Made by a program: the position numbers and the translations under genes. DNA of 52,909 bases, filler included, from Sphacelaria rigidula (taxonomy: Eukaryota), in assembly GCA_964200075.2 (NCBI GenBank). It is 4 parts of 4 records of this genome, joined end to end, with 100 filler letters (N's around TTAATTAATTAA, not from the genome) between each part and the next. Parts side by side here need not be neighbours in the genome. Positions count along the whole stretch, not along the records: positions 1 to 13,155 come from CAXNAA020003112.1; positions 13,256 to 26,409 come from CAXNAA020003113.1; 2 more parts are not named here. The stretch is one strand, 5' to 3'. The notes under the pieces were generated by a model that did no database searches, had not been told where the DNA came from, and worked only from the letters and a program-made list of their open reading frames with translations. Positions 12,050 to 24,254 of this stretch are shown here, piece by piece; within the stretch, counting starts at the first letter, position 1; each line of letters starts with the position of its first letter.

Positions 12050-13155
12050 ATGGCCGATGAAGTGAGCAAGGATTGCGGCACCGAGGGTTTTTCCGAGAAG
12101 CCATCGTATGGTGCAGCGGGAGGTCGGAAGGCGGAGTTCCGTGCCGCCCACGCGAGGTCGGGGATGACCAATTTGACGAGCAAGAAGCGCAGCAACGAAG
12201 GCTGCTCCAAACGACCATCTTACGGTGTAGCGGGAAGTCGTAAGGCGGAGTTCTGTGCTGATCACGCCAGGCTGGGGATGGTAGATGTTTCGAGGAACAA
12301 AAAGTGCGGCAACGAGAGCTGCACCAAATTCTCGTCGTACGGTGTAGCGGGAAGTAGGAAGGCGGAGTTTTGTGCCGAGCACGCCAGGTCCAGGATGGTC
12401 GATGTGGTGAGCAAGAGGTGCGGCAACGAGGGCTGCTTCAAGAAGCCATCGTACGGTGTAGCCGGAAGTCGGAAGGAGGAGTTCTGTGCCGATCACGCGA
12501 GGTCCGGGATGGTCGATGTGAGGAGCAAGAAGTGCGGCCACGAGGGTTGCTCCAAGCAACCATCGTACGGTGTAGCAGGAAGTCGGAAGGCGGAGTTCTG
12601 TGCCGACCACGCCAGGTCCGGGATGGTCGATGTGGCGAGCAAGAAGTGCGGCCACGAGGGTTGCTCCAAACAACCATCGTACGGTGTAGCGGGAAGTCGC
12701 AAGGTGGAGTTCTGTGCCGATCACGCGGGGGTGGGGATGGTCGATGTGAGGAACAAGAAGTGCAGCAACGACGGCTGCACCAAGCGGCCATCGTACGGTG
12801 TAGTGGGAAGTCGGAAGGCGGAGGTCTGTGCCGAGCACGCCAGGCTGGGAATGGTGAATGTTGTGAGCAAGAGGTGCGGCAACGAGGGCTGCTTCAAACA
12901 ACCATTGTATTGTGTAGCAGGGAATCGAAAGGCGGAGTTCTGTGCCGGCCACGCCAGGTCCGGGATGGTCGATGTGAGGAGGAAGAGGTGCGGCAACGAA
13001 GGCTGCACAAAACAACCATCGTACGGTGTAGCGGGAAGTCGGAAGGCGGAGTTCTGTGCCGACCACGCCAGGTCCGGGATGGTCGATGTGGCGAGCAAGA
13101 AGTGCGGTCACGAGGGTTGCTCCAAACAACCATCGTATGGTGTAGCGGGAAGTCG
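12050..13155 (+). CDS. EsV-1-7 cysteine-rich repeat protein (partial; runs into gap; true start uncertain)
   Basis: About 9.7 tandem 38-aa units MVDVxSKKCGHEGCSKQPSYGVAGSRKAEFCADHARSG with C-x4-C-x16-C-x2-H spacing. This is the EsV-1-7 motif known from Ectocarpus virus EsV-1 and brown-algal genes such as IMM. Confidence 0.88.
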
Positions 13156-13255
13156 NNNNNNNNNNNNNNNNNNNNNNNNNNNNNNNNNNNNNNNNNNNNT
13201 TAATTAATTAANNNNNNNNNNNNNNNNNNNNNNNNNNNNNNNNNNNNNNNNNNNN
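13156..13255. other. Artificial contig linker (N44-TTAATTAATTAA-N44)
   Basis: Identical 100-nt spacer occurs three times; the core has stops in all six frames. Confidence 0.97.
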
Positions 13256-13419
13256 GGTATCAACTCTACCTACGCGTTCCAACAGCTCGGTAAAAAGTGT
13301 GTGTGTGTGGGGGGGGGGGTGCGCTATCGTCGAAAGTGTCGATCGTGAAATATTTGCAGTTTGTGGCTCACTTTTCACCTCGGTATTTTTTCTGCGGTAT
13401 GATTTCTGCTCCAGAACGC

Positions 13420-13847
13420 TAGTTGGTAACCTCGAAACCTTCTGACGGTTGGGTCGTGGGTTCAAATCTCGCAGCGAACGGGGATTTTTCTCACACAATG
13501 CCCAACAGTGGAGAGTGACTACTGTGTCGTGGGTACCCAAAATTCGACATGATGGTCGACGACGGAAAAGGGACTGCTGAACCTATTTCACGATTAAAAG
13601 AGGGCAAGCACCGCAAAAGGAAGGTGAGTCCGCTCCTTGTGAATACACAAAAATCTCCAAAATAAATACTTTTCGCCACTTTTGGCCCAGGATTGTCTGG
13701 TCACTATATATGAAGAACTGAAACAAACAAAGAAGAGAAAACTCCTGTGTTGTTGGCCTTTCTCCTGTGTGACCCCGGCTGGTGCGCCCACATATTATGC
13801 ATATACCGAAGAGAGGTGTAAACCGCGTCCAGAATAGATGGGATGGC

Positions 13848-13885
<38 letters not shown>
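13420..13885 (+). mobile_element. tRNA-derived SINE family A with (AC)n tail
   Basis: Head tagttggtaacctcgaaacc..gggttcaaatctc (B-box), family body, and 3' end ccagaatagatgggatggcaac(AC)n; carries an internal insertion at ~13635-13760. Confidence 0.8.
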
Positions 13886-13889
<4 letters not shown>

Positions 13890-15709
13890 CGGAGGCCTGG
13901 TCAGCATGCGTCTTAGGCACACAGAGTAACATGATTTGTTCCAGCAGCTGCGGTTGGATCGCAATATCGCAAACTCTGTGAAGGGGTGCTAGGACATGTG
14001 AGATGCGGTTTGAAAGCGTAGCAGATTTTAGGTTGTATCCAAAGTAAGCAAGCGATTATTGCGCTGCGTTCAGATGGTTGTTTTGAGGATATCTCCTCCA
14101 GTACATACAACAACAACGTTGCTCGTCAGTAGGAAATGGGTTCCAAATTGTGCCGCTTGCTAGGGTGGCACGTGAAGAGTGATGCGGGGATCGCCGCGCA
14201 CGGTATAGCACACACACCTCCCGCTTATCTCTCTTCCCGTCAGCGAAACCGTAAGCAAGTAAGTGATGCAGTAGAAAAAATCCCGATTTTCGTGCCATGC
14301 GGAGGGCAGGTGGTCACATCGACGGTCCGTTGGGTGCGGACGGCCCAGCATGAAGCACTTTGAAAAAAAAAGAGGGCGGTCAATAATAACGCACTCTAAC
14401 GTTGTTCCCAACGTTCAGCACGTTGGCCATACCAACGAATCCCGGCAATTCGCTCGATGGCAACAGGCGGTTGGAATTGGCTAATGAACACAGTCGATAC
14501 ATCCACTGGTAGTGCTGCACAATCTCGGGAAAAAGTCAGACGGTGGGTCCACTGTTTAATTCAGTTTTGTGCTCTTGTGTCGATACACTCGCTCCGCTCG
14601 GATTTATCTACAGCCTCATGCACCACTGCCTGTTCACACAAAGGCATTGCCATACCACCGCCCATCCATCCACTTGGTCGCCCAATGGCGCACCGCACCC
14701 TGCAGCGCACCGCACCATGCACGCACCGCCTGTCGTTTTTCAGTGAACTAAGCACGCGGTCGGTAGACTAGACGAGAAACCACCAAATGGTACACACCTG
14801 TGCGTGCAAACCATCTACAGGAGAGAACGCTCCAAAATTTCCGGGCAGACACAATCAAAACGCGCAATCATCATCACGCCCATTCCCACGTCCGATGCTG
14901 AGTCCCCTCAGCCCGACCCGCTGCATTCGGAATCCAAATCTTCGATCCAAATCCAGATGAAATACTTCAACAGGCGGATTGTGGACTTGTCTGGTCGTCG
15001 CAACAATGGCGGCTGGCCGGATCTGTTCTCGGATCTGATCCCGTCACTACCGTCACCACCCACCCACCCTTGTGCCCGCACGGCTCCGCAATACGAGGTG
15101 AATGAACCGCTGCTCCCAACGCGTTGCTCGTCCGTTCGGCTCGCCCGTTCGACGGCGCGACGTGGACCCACCCATTCAACGACCTACCCTGGTCGAGAAG
15201 CGGATCTTCGAGCTTTGAACCAGTGAGCGTTCACTGATTCAATGGTCAAACGTCCGCTTCTTGAACACACCCCTTCCACGCTGGGATCGGGCGAGTGCAC
15301 CGCTATTGCATCTTTGGCGGGAGTGGCACAAAATTGATATATCGTGCAGCGTCCACCCGGGAAATCTGTTCGACAATCGATGATGATCTCAGTAACTCCT
15401 CTTTCATTAACTAGGGCTCATGGCCCAGGCATGTTGGACTGAACGTGGAGAACAAAGGGAGTGACCCTCGAGGTGATCAACGACTGCCACCTACAACGCC
15501 GGGAACCATACACCAAGCCAATCTCGCGCGGGCCATGCAGATGTCCCGCGCAACACCCCTACATGTGAGAAACTTCCAGCGGAAACTTCCCACCAAATAT
15601 CCGACCATAATATTGTACATACTCCTCGGAAGATATTGTTGTAACTGACCGAAATATCAACAAAATAAATGTCTATCTGCGATATGAGTATCCGTCTGAG
15701 AATATGACG

Positions 15710-15815
15710 TCCTAGATGTATCTCCCACGTGAGTAGCTCAGATGGACATCCCAGATATAGACATCCCAGATGTGTATCTATATGTCAGAGGGATGTCCCA
15801 GATGTACAGATGAAT
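15710..15815. repeat. Short cccagatggacat-type array (same unit as 24255-25165)
   Basis: Repeated (c)ccagatg..at units. Confidence 0.6.
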
Positions 15816-18800
15816 ACGATTTCTCAGTTGGAGTTTGTACGGTAATTCAAGACCCCCGATGAATGGCGCCGGTTGCACATAAAAGGGGGGGGGCAAAAAT
15901 AGTGGCCCTCGCAACCGATACTCGACGCGCGATTCACCAACGGCCTACACCCTCGGTACCTGCACCCTCCGCATCTATGACTTCTATGCGCTCCTTTCGC
16001 TGGCTTGCGTCAGCACCTCAAGTCAACATGCGTGCGGCTTGATAAGTCGACAAACAATGTCGCGTGGGAGCTCCACCGCCCCCTTGCTGACCATTCCCTT
16101 GCCGCCCTTACACGCCCCACCCGCGCCTGTTGAAGTCCATTATGGGCACCCCGTCACGAAACATCCCCCTCCAGTACAACATTTGAATACGCCATCGGAT
16201 TCCCCGCGTGCTCCTACAGGCATCCAAGTCAGGACAGCAGCGGGGAAGCACGGGCTCTTGTACTATACTGTAGTGACACGCGGTCGGGTTTTGTTGACAT
16301 GTGACTCCAAGTTTTGCTGGGATGTGGTGAACAAGTCCTGGATTCGCAGTGTCTTGCGCAAAAGCATTTTCATACAACAAAAATAGAAGTTAAGTGGTAA
16401 TCAGCTTTACGTCCTTGTCGACATCCACCCTCTGCGTACCGTCCTTCACCATCAATATAGGTCTTGTAAACTGCTTTGGCCTTCGCTCGGCCTTCAAAAC
16501 AAAATTCCACATCTAGGGGAAAGGAACATCATACACATGTGTGATAAGAAGTCGCATCCGACCAGAAGGTGGGTAAAAACGAACAGTGCTACTTTCAGAG
16601 GTTGCGTCAGTCAAGGGTACTGCCCTTCGAGCGGCCAAGCACTCTCACCTCCGGCCCTCAGGTCGAACGCACTACATAGCCGCTTCACCTGTGTGTACCG
16701 GGGACCACTATTTTCACTGCATTTCACAGTGACTTGCACCACGTCTGAACCCTTCGGCGTACTACACCTGGAGGATATACCCTGCGCTACATTCGTTCAC
16801 TGATCAGCATCGAGAGAAGTCACGAGCCGCTTGTTCGAATGATTATCGAATACGTTTCCGGAGCAGATGATGAAAGCGCACTGTGGATATCTGTACCTCA
16901 CCTATACCGGGTACAGCTGCGCTGCGGATGCTCCGATCAAGCCCATCATCTTGACGCCATCGCAAGAGATTGGGTTGCGAGTCACGACCATAGACATGGG
17001 GGAGAGCCACACTAGGCAGATATGCTTGTGCTGCCGCCGCTGTTCCCCCCCTCTCGCTGCATATCACCTCTGCAAGATACAACACCTGCACCTGTCGTCA
17101 CCACGGCTACCGCCCCGTCCGGTCGCCTGCTTATCACCACCTCTAACGTGTTCGCGGGGCCACTCCCGCCAGCCCGCTACCATCGAAACCTGCGCCCGCC
17201 GCAGTTGCTGCCACCGGGAGAATTGCGGCTTCCCCCCCCTCCCCCCCACCTCCTGACGCCGCCGGACCGCTGCCTCAAGTCCGCCACCAACAACACTCAC
17301 CCCTGTTTCTACCGCAGCCGTCGTCGCCGCCGCCTCCACTGTCCTCCCTGGCTCGCTCATCGCCACTGCCGCATTCGACTGCTGGGCCGCCACCCCCCAG
17401 CCCACGGCCAATAAAAAGGCGCTCGCCGCCACCTCTGCTATCACTACCGCCGCTCGTCCTCCCCCTCGTTCACCTGCTACCGTGGTCGTGACCGACTGCC
17501 GACCGGACCCTACCGCCTTCTCGCCCATGACACTCTTCCTGACAGACAATTTGTCCCCCTTATCCACCTGCAACCGCTGCGGCGCGGGATCACTGGGCAG
17601 GACAGGATCCCTTGGCAGGACTATTCGGCCCCTCACTCACGGCACCCAAACCGGGCGTCGTAGCCGCCAAATCCCTGCGCCCATCCACCGCCGCCGTCGC
17701 AACTGGTACCCCTATCCCCCCGTCAACGTGCCTTCCTAATCCGGCCACAGCCGTGAGCATGACGCCACTCAGTGCAGGCCGTGTTCCTTCTCAGAGCTTG
17801 ACGATCTAGAGTCTGTGATTGATCCTTAGTACCGTCGGCCATATAATTCTGCGCATGTTCGTGGCTGTGACAAAGCACGCTCCGGAAGCCCGGCCCCCAG
17901 GGAATGTTTTTGTTTATGTAGGATGAAACTATATGCCACATGCCTGAGGTTTATATGGTCACCCCTGCTGCTCATGCGCCTTAGTGATTTACACAGTGTC
18001 GGGGTCGTCGTGTGTAATCACCAACAGCTCGATTCTGTCGTCCCTCCATTTAGTAGGGGCGTTAGCCGCATAGCGGGCTTCGACTGCTGAGAATATACCA
18101 TCTTTAACGGCTCATGGAGGTTTTCCTGTGCGCCTCAACTGAGTAGTCGATGGAGTGGCCCTGCGCCACGTTCTACGGGTCTAGCTGTTCTACATCAGGA
18201 CAGGCACTTCTTATCGACTCCACCGCCGAATTTGTCTTGGAGTGCCCTAGCCCTACACATTAAGACGGTGGGACCGAGTCAAACGGGCAGGGGCGCATAG
18301 AGGAGGAACAAATGCGCACCGGGCAGAGTTATATCGAACATCTGCCTCCTCGGACCATTGAGCTGAAGAACATGAAGAATACGAAGAATATACAAAATAA
18401 GTTGACTTTAGTGCACCAAGATCTTCCATACGCATTCAACGTTAGGCCGAGGATAACTGTCGATTGTCTGAGATGCATATGCCTGTTTCGAATGAATTCG
18501 CTGACGCACCGCTAGTTGCAAGTAGATATCACCCTCAGGAGTTCAGCGAGCTCAACGGAACGGATTCTCCGTGCCTGAAATGTACCCCTTCTATATATTC
18601 AGAGAAATATGGGGTACCATCACATCCCCGGCAGAACAGTCAACAGCTCCGGCGTGCTCATATCATTGCATTCTTCTCGTTCTTGTCGCCGAATACGTAA
18701 CACGCGATGTCGCTACCCACTCAAAATGTCTACAGCTACACCATCAGGGCAGGTATCTGGCGCCCCTCGGCGTACTAATGGCTGCACCCGCCACATGTCT

Positions 18801-19184
18801 CTCGCAGGGCTGGGCCGCCGGTCTCTCTTGCACTGCGTCTCGGTAGCCGACGGGGCCACCTATGATCCCCGCTTCGACGTCTATCGATTCGGATCTGCTC
18901 GAAACCTCGATAATGTCAAGCTTCAGTCGGGATGGCGGCCCAAAAGATGCAGGTGCTGCAGAACCTGTTGGGACGAGATGGGCCAACGCAGATGGGTAAC
19001 AAGCACAGTCAGCTAATTTTCGTTTCATCTGGGGAAGGTCGAATCCAGTAATCTTGGGAACGGCTGCTTTGTACGAACCTAGACCTGCTCGATTAATTTC
19101 AAAGGCCAAAATCACAACCGGACGCATAAGCAGAAGAGTCAGGTGCGTGTGGTCTTCGCTTTCTTGGACTCGAAGCATTCAACT

Positions 19185-19404
19185 ATCATTACTATTACTA
19201 TTATCATTATTATTACTTGTATTGTTATTACCATCATTCTTATCAGTATTACCATTTTTATTATTGCTATATATTTTCTAATCATTACTACTACTATCAT
19301 TGTTATTATTATGATGATGATGATCATCATCATCATCATCACCATCACCATCATCACCATCATCACCATCATCAGTATCGTCGTCATCATCATAACCATC
19401 ACAT
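19185..19404. repeat. Compound trinucleotide microsatellite (ATT)n-(ATG)n-(ATC/ACC)n
   Basis: Directly visible; explains the poly-I/M/H/D ORFs. Confidence 0.95.
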
Positions 19405-21654
19405 AAGCTCGATCTCTCGAACCCGTGGTCACAGAGTGCAAGGAGCATATCATCCATGCTCATGAACCAAACGGCGAACATAAGAAGACTAGAAGCAAAT
19501 CTCTGCACGAGAAAAGGTACCTACACAACAGAAACTTCCTGGCCTGCAACCTCTCTGACTACCTTGTCACGTGCTGGTGTCTACAGTGTAGTAGCAGCGA
19601 GAAAAGCGGAGTTCGAAATGTCACATGGAACAGGAGCCACTCCCAATAGATGTGCTGTCCAGAGTGCTGTTCGAAGAGATGCTCTACAGAGCCTGCGCAT
19701 TGAAGACTGGACAAAAAAAGTTATGAAAGCCTAAAAGACGCAAGAAGAACGTAAAAGTCGAGCTGATGGCAACGAGCAGGAAAACGAGGACACCAGTTCG
19801 TCCTTGGCTACTAGAGCTAGTCAAGTAGCATCGTCATAGAAATATTGTACCACAGACAGGGCGTGTCTAGCCTACACACGACATAGCACTATCAGCAGAA
19901 AAATAGAATTTATTCAGAGTGTCCTATATCCAACAATGAAAACATGAAAACATGGGGTAAAATCTGAACGTACTGTTCACAACCCAAACTACAAACTACT
20001 GTGTCAGAATCCAATAGACCCCTCGACCCCACTTCTGAGGGTTGACATCGGTTAGCAGCCACGCTTGTGTACGACAGTTGGTGCTCCACCTCTGAAAAAC
20101 GACGTGATAAATGGACCAAACGTGATTCATGGGGTTAACATAGACCACCTAGAGCTCTCTCTTGGAACAGTTTCATATCCCTCCATTTCTCACGCCGTTT
20201 TCATGAGCGAAATTCAAAAGTATAAATCACGGAAGATCCCACGCTTCCGTTCAGGATATGAACGTAACGTTTCGTCTCCACCCTCTGACTCTGACCCCTT
20301 GACCCCCCGAGTTCCTAGTCGGACGCCAAAATGGAAGCCTTTGGGGGGGGGGGGGTAAACTTCGGAATACTCGTTTCCGATGGAGGAAATGTTTTTGCCA
20401 CGCACATGCATAGATATGCCACGCGTCATAGCTATCCATGCATGAGCTATGGGCAGCAGCGCTTCTTTCTCAGGACAAAATAAATATTGAAGCGTCGATA
20501 GTAGTCACATAATTTTTGTAGTATATATGAGTCAACATAAAAGAGCTACTCTTGCTGAAGGGCTGCACGGCGCGGAGTATTCCTTGGAGGGTGGTGTTTT
20601 GAATTTCCTAGGATCCCTGGTGATCAACAGAATTGCACCCTGATCTGATGGTCATGCTACTTACACCCTCCATCTCTCTCTAAAGAGGGGTTTGGTGGTC
20701 AGAGAGTAGGTGGTCACACAATAATGTCACAATGACACCATGTGTATGGTTTGCTGGTGGGTTGGTTCTTGCGACAAGACGAAGGGATCAACAAAACGAG
20801 AGCAATACTCGTAATCAGGAACGTATTATAGTCACCTGAGACGTGCGAATAAGTTGTGTGCCCATAGTCTATTCTAGTTTATCACATTATATTATATTGT
20901 ATGCAGTGTTCGGGAGTGCCGCTTGGCTTCCGACGTGCGCGGAAAATGTGCCTTCGGAGTGTTCGGAGTGCGGCAAAGCCTACCTCAGTGTGTCGGAGTG
21001 CAGGGAGTTGGTTGCTTGTGGGTGGAACCTGGGGATTTTATTTCGGAAAACACGCCGGTTTTGGTGGTATTGTTGAGGCGAGCGCGATACACACTAATAG
21101 AGAATCGGTTCTTTGGGTGCCACGGTTCCTGTTGCTGGTGGTTTCATTAAGGGCGCGCGCCGACTGCATGAGGTACATTAGGTTCTCAGGTACAGGGGTC
21201 CATATCTGACTACAAAGGATCGCGAGGACCGTCTAGAAAAGGCATTTAGAAAAAAGAAACGCAAGATCACGCATACCTCTAAAATTTTCGTCTAGCGAGG
21301 GTACACAGGGTGGATGTAGATAGAAGCTCAGCTTCGGGCACGGGCTGTACGAAGTGAGAAAAATGTCTTTTTTTCCATTTTTTTCCAAGGCACAGGCGCA
21401 GCACATGTGCCCACTCGGTTGATGTTGCCGAAGTACTCCGATCAAAAGCAATGTTTCTGGCGCATTTTTCCAATTCTGCACACACACACATACACATCTG
21501 ATCCGAAACAGTACGGTACCTGACACTGTACCTTGTGTGAATATATATCGTGTCACAATAACCACAAAGCCACCTTTTCAGCGTTTTTATGGGCAATACC
21601 GTAAGGTAGACCTCTTCTAATCTAACGACAAATAAAGGACAGCGAGAAAACACT

Positions 21655-21877
21655 TGGCTATAAAAGGGTTTCCAGGAACGTCACAATACTACATTAAACT
21701 GTGCGCTACTCATCGATTGATATCAGCTACTATCTGCGTACTAATCGATATCTGGCCATGGCTGTTTTCCCTGTTTTCGGTTATGACGAGCACAACTCTC
21801 CATTCACTGCAATACTGCTTTGTACTATGTAGTTTCAACGCGACTATATTTGCAACGAATAAGTGAACGATTCGACA
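21655..21877 (-). mobile_element. Putative 3' LTR of the copia remnant
   Basis: On the minus strand a purine-rich tract (acaaggaggca) directly precedes TGTCGAATCG, and the segment can end ...TTATAGCCA. It lies 250 bp downstream of the RNase H stop. No second LTR is visible. Confidence 0.45.
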
Positions 21878-22127
21878 TGCCTCCTTGTGTAAGACAAAGC
21901 TGAAAACTCCAACTAGAAATAGCATCCCCGTCCTCACTACATCGTCCAAAGTGTGTCATGCATGCTTGAAAACAACTTTGATGTTTTGGATTTGATCCAC
22001 CTTCCCAAAGAACTATGCTCCGTCTCGAAAGGGACGCGTGGTCAATGGTCAAACCACTAAGGCAAGCAACAAATGAGTACGCCCGCCCCCTCGAAGAGCG
22101 TTTCAAGAAAGCTGTACAATCGTGGAG

Positions 22128-22432
22128 TCAAGGCGAAGAAACGTCTTGGGTCACTCGTACAGCATCGCGGAAGAAAGATGCAGGGAGATGTCAAATGAGT
22201 AAGTCAGCTAGTTGTTGTGTCCCAGGTATGTGGTGAAGGATTAGAGCTCCAGCTGTGATCCAGTCCTTGAGCCGGTGATACTTTATGGCGACGTGTTTTC
22301 TGAGCGCGTAAAACAAGCTGTTCGCTGCGACGCGAAGTGCTGAAAGGTTGTCGCACAATATATCCGGAGGTCAAAAATACCTGGAAACGAGTCCGTGCCA
22401 CATGCAACAAACCCTTTTATCCAAGAAAGCTA
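22128..22432 (-). pseudogene. Ty1/copia retrotransposon pol remnant (RNase H C-terminus)
   Basis: Manual translation of 22370->22128: PPDILCDNLSALRVAANSLFYALRKHVAIKYHRLKDWITAGALILHHIPGTQQLADLLI*HLPASFFRDAV. This matches the copia pattern CDNxSA..N..FH.RxKHI.IKYH..QLADxLTK. Internal stop at 22191-22193. Not shown in the ORF track. Confidence 0.9.
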
Positions 22433-24254
22433 TCCTCCAAAAACTAGTTGGACTGTTGGTTGTCACAATCTCGGAAAACAATCACAGCCCATGTAAATGT
22501 TCAAGAAGGGCGTGAGCAAGAGCTTACTCGATGATCGTATCGTGTGGAGCTTCTCCCGCAGAAGAGCCTGTATTTAGGTATAGGTATAGGTATAGGCCAC
22601 CATTTATCCGGAATCACCAACTCTACCCGTGCAGGTTCACGGTTATGGTGTGCCTAAGCAGTTCTAAAAAGGTGGAGGTCATCACTTTCCTCAAACGGTT
22701 GTCAGGGGATTGGCCATGTTTGAAGAACAACCTTTCTTCAACAATAATTCCTGGACAACACGTCTCACAAAACACGATATTTGAGAAACCTGTTCGGAAA
22801 ACACCAAGAACGTTTAAAAAAAATGTTTTTTTCGAAGCAAAAAAAGCTGCCCGAAAAATCAATTTTATTGCATGTCATGATTTGTTTGATCACACGCACA
22901 GCACGTGGCCACTTGTGTTTGGAGGCAAACTTGGCACAGGGGATTTCTATACTTTAAAGCTAAAATTACGATGTGTCGACTCGCGCCGACTTGCAATTTA
23001 ATGCAGATCAGGGCTGGGAAACACCGGGATGTTACTTGTGTGTTTTTACCGACCATTGCAACATTGTGGAGTAAATATATCATGATGGAAAAACGGAACG
23101 CACGGAAATCCGGGGAACGTGCATAAATAGAAGAGCTGGTGTCATTTGCTTTTAGCAGGACCGACACTAGATTTATCGTGGCGTCAGTTCATTTCTCCGG
23201 TCATTTCCTCCGCTATCTCTTCCTTCTTTCTCTTTATTTGTTATGTCGTAATGTAGTCATAGTTTTGTTGTGTTTAGCGCTTTCAGCTTGCTCTGTTTGC
23301 TCTCTCAATCTTAATTTTGCCCCTTTCTCGAGCTTCGTATACTAATAGCAAGTGCTTCGGTTTTCATTAACCTCAGGTACGTCCATCTTGTGCCCACGGC
23401 TAACACATATTTCAATCTCAGTCAATCTCAGTTAATGTACATTCCTATGGGATCAGTTTGCGTACGAACATCGATCAACCCATAAATCGACCACTGCGGA
23501 AAAAATCGTCCAAGTATCCACCGTCGGAATTCGACAACTTTATATTTAACGATAAATTGAACGAGGTGTATAAATACAAAGGAAGCCACGTAGAAACCGT
23601 GTACGTTAACAGCCAGACCATGTGGGTACTTTCTACCTTGTAAACATCGCAGGTTTGGTATTCATGTCCCGTCGCTATTTCTTCCTGCTGACTGCATGAC
23701 CCCAAAAGTTCTGAAGTCGCGGCGTTCCAGCATTAGAATCGAAACCCCTCTCGGAGTCCGGTGTTTACCAGTCGAACAAACCTTGTTATTTTTTCTCATA
23801 GCCATCTGCGACGTCCCCACAATCACGTTTTACGAAAACATTGACCACGGCTGGACCCTTGGGTGGTCAGTGAAAGTGCGACAACCAATCAGTCAACCAA
23901 TCAATCATCGAGCAATGCTTCCTTACCCCTTTTAGCACTGGAGGTCTCCATATTCTGTGGAATCGGCATGATTTTCGGTCCCTTTTAAAATCAAAAGGAT
24001 GCCGATTCCACAAATGGACACCTTCGACGCTAAACGGGCTAATGTATCTGTGTTCCACCAGGTTCCACTCAGGGTCGGCATGCGATTATTTCGTGCTTGT
24101 TGTATACCGAAGGTTGGGCCAGTTTACACACGACTGAGGCAACAAACAATGCAAACATTTCGGAAGTCCCGCCGGTCTCCCTCTGCTCATACATGTAGGT
24201 TAGATACTGTAGCTGTGCTCTGGCTTTGTATTTATCGGGAGGCCTGCATCATCG

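Noticed and set aside
12050..13155. CRISPR-like array or integrated phaeovirus
   Set aside because: Repeats are contiguous in-frame coding units without unique spacers, and no NCLDV core genes are visible; host EsV-1-7 genes are common.
11834..13203. Long antisense and alternate-frame ORFs over the EsV-1-7 array (431, 277, 125 aa)
   Set aside because: Shadows of a GC-rich 114-bp tandem coding repeat; only the Cys/His frame matches a known motif.
13200..13211. TTAATTAATTAA as a recurring regulatory or att site
   Set aside because: Embedded in N runs; an assembly linker.
16039..19180. Possible gag zinc knuckle (minus, FKCCTGGGCFVTGCP), Ala/Pro/Thr-rich ORFs and protease-like VFAFLDS
   Set aside because: Motifs are incomplete, on different strands and broken by stops; probably decayed retroelement, but not supportable.
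19139..19508. Poly-His/Ile/Met/Asp ORFs
   Set aside because: Translations of a trinucleotide microsatellite.
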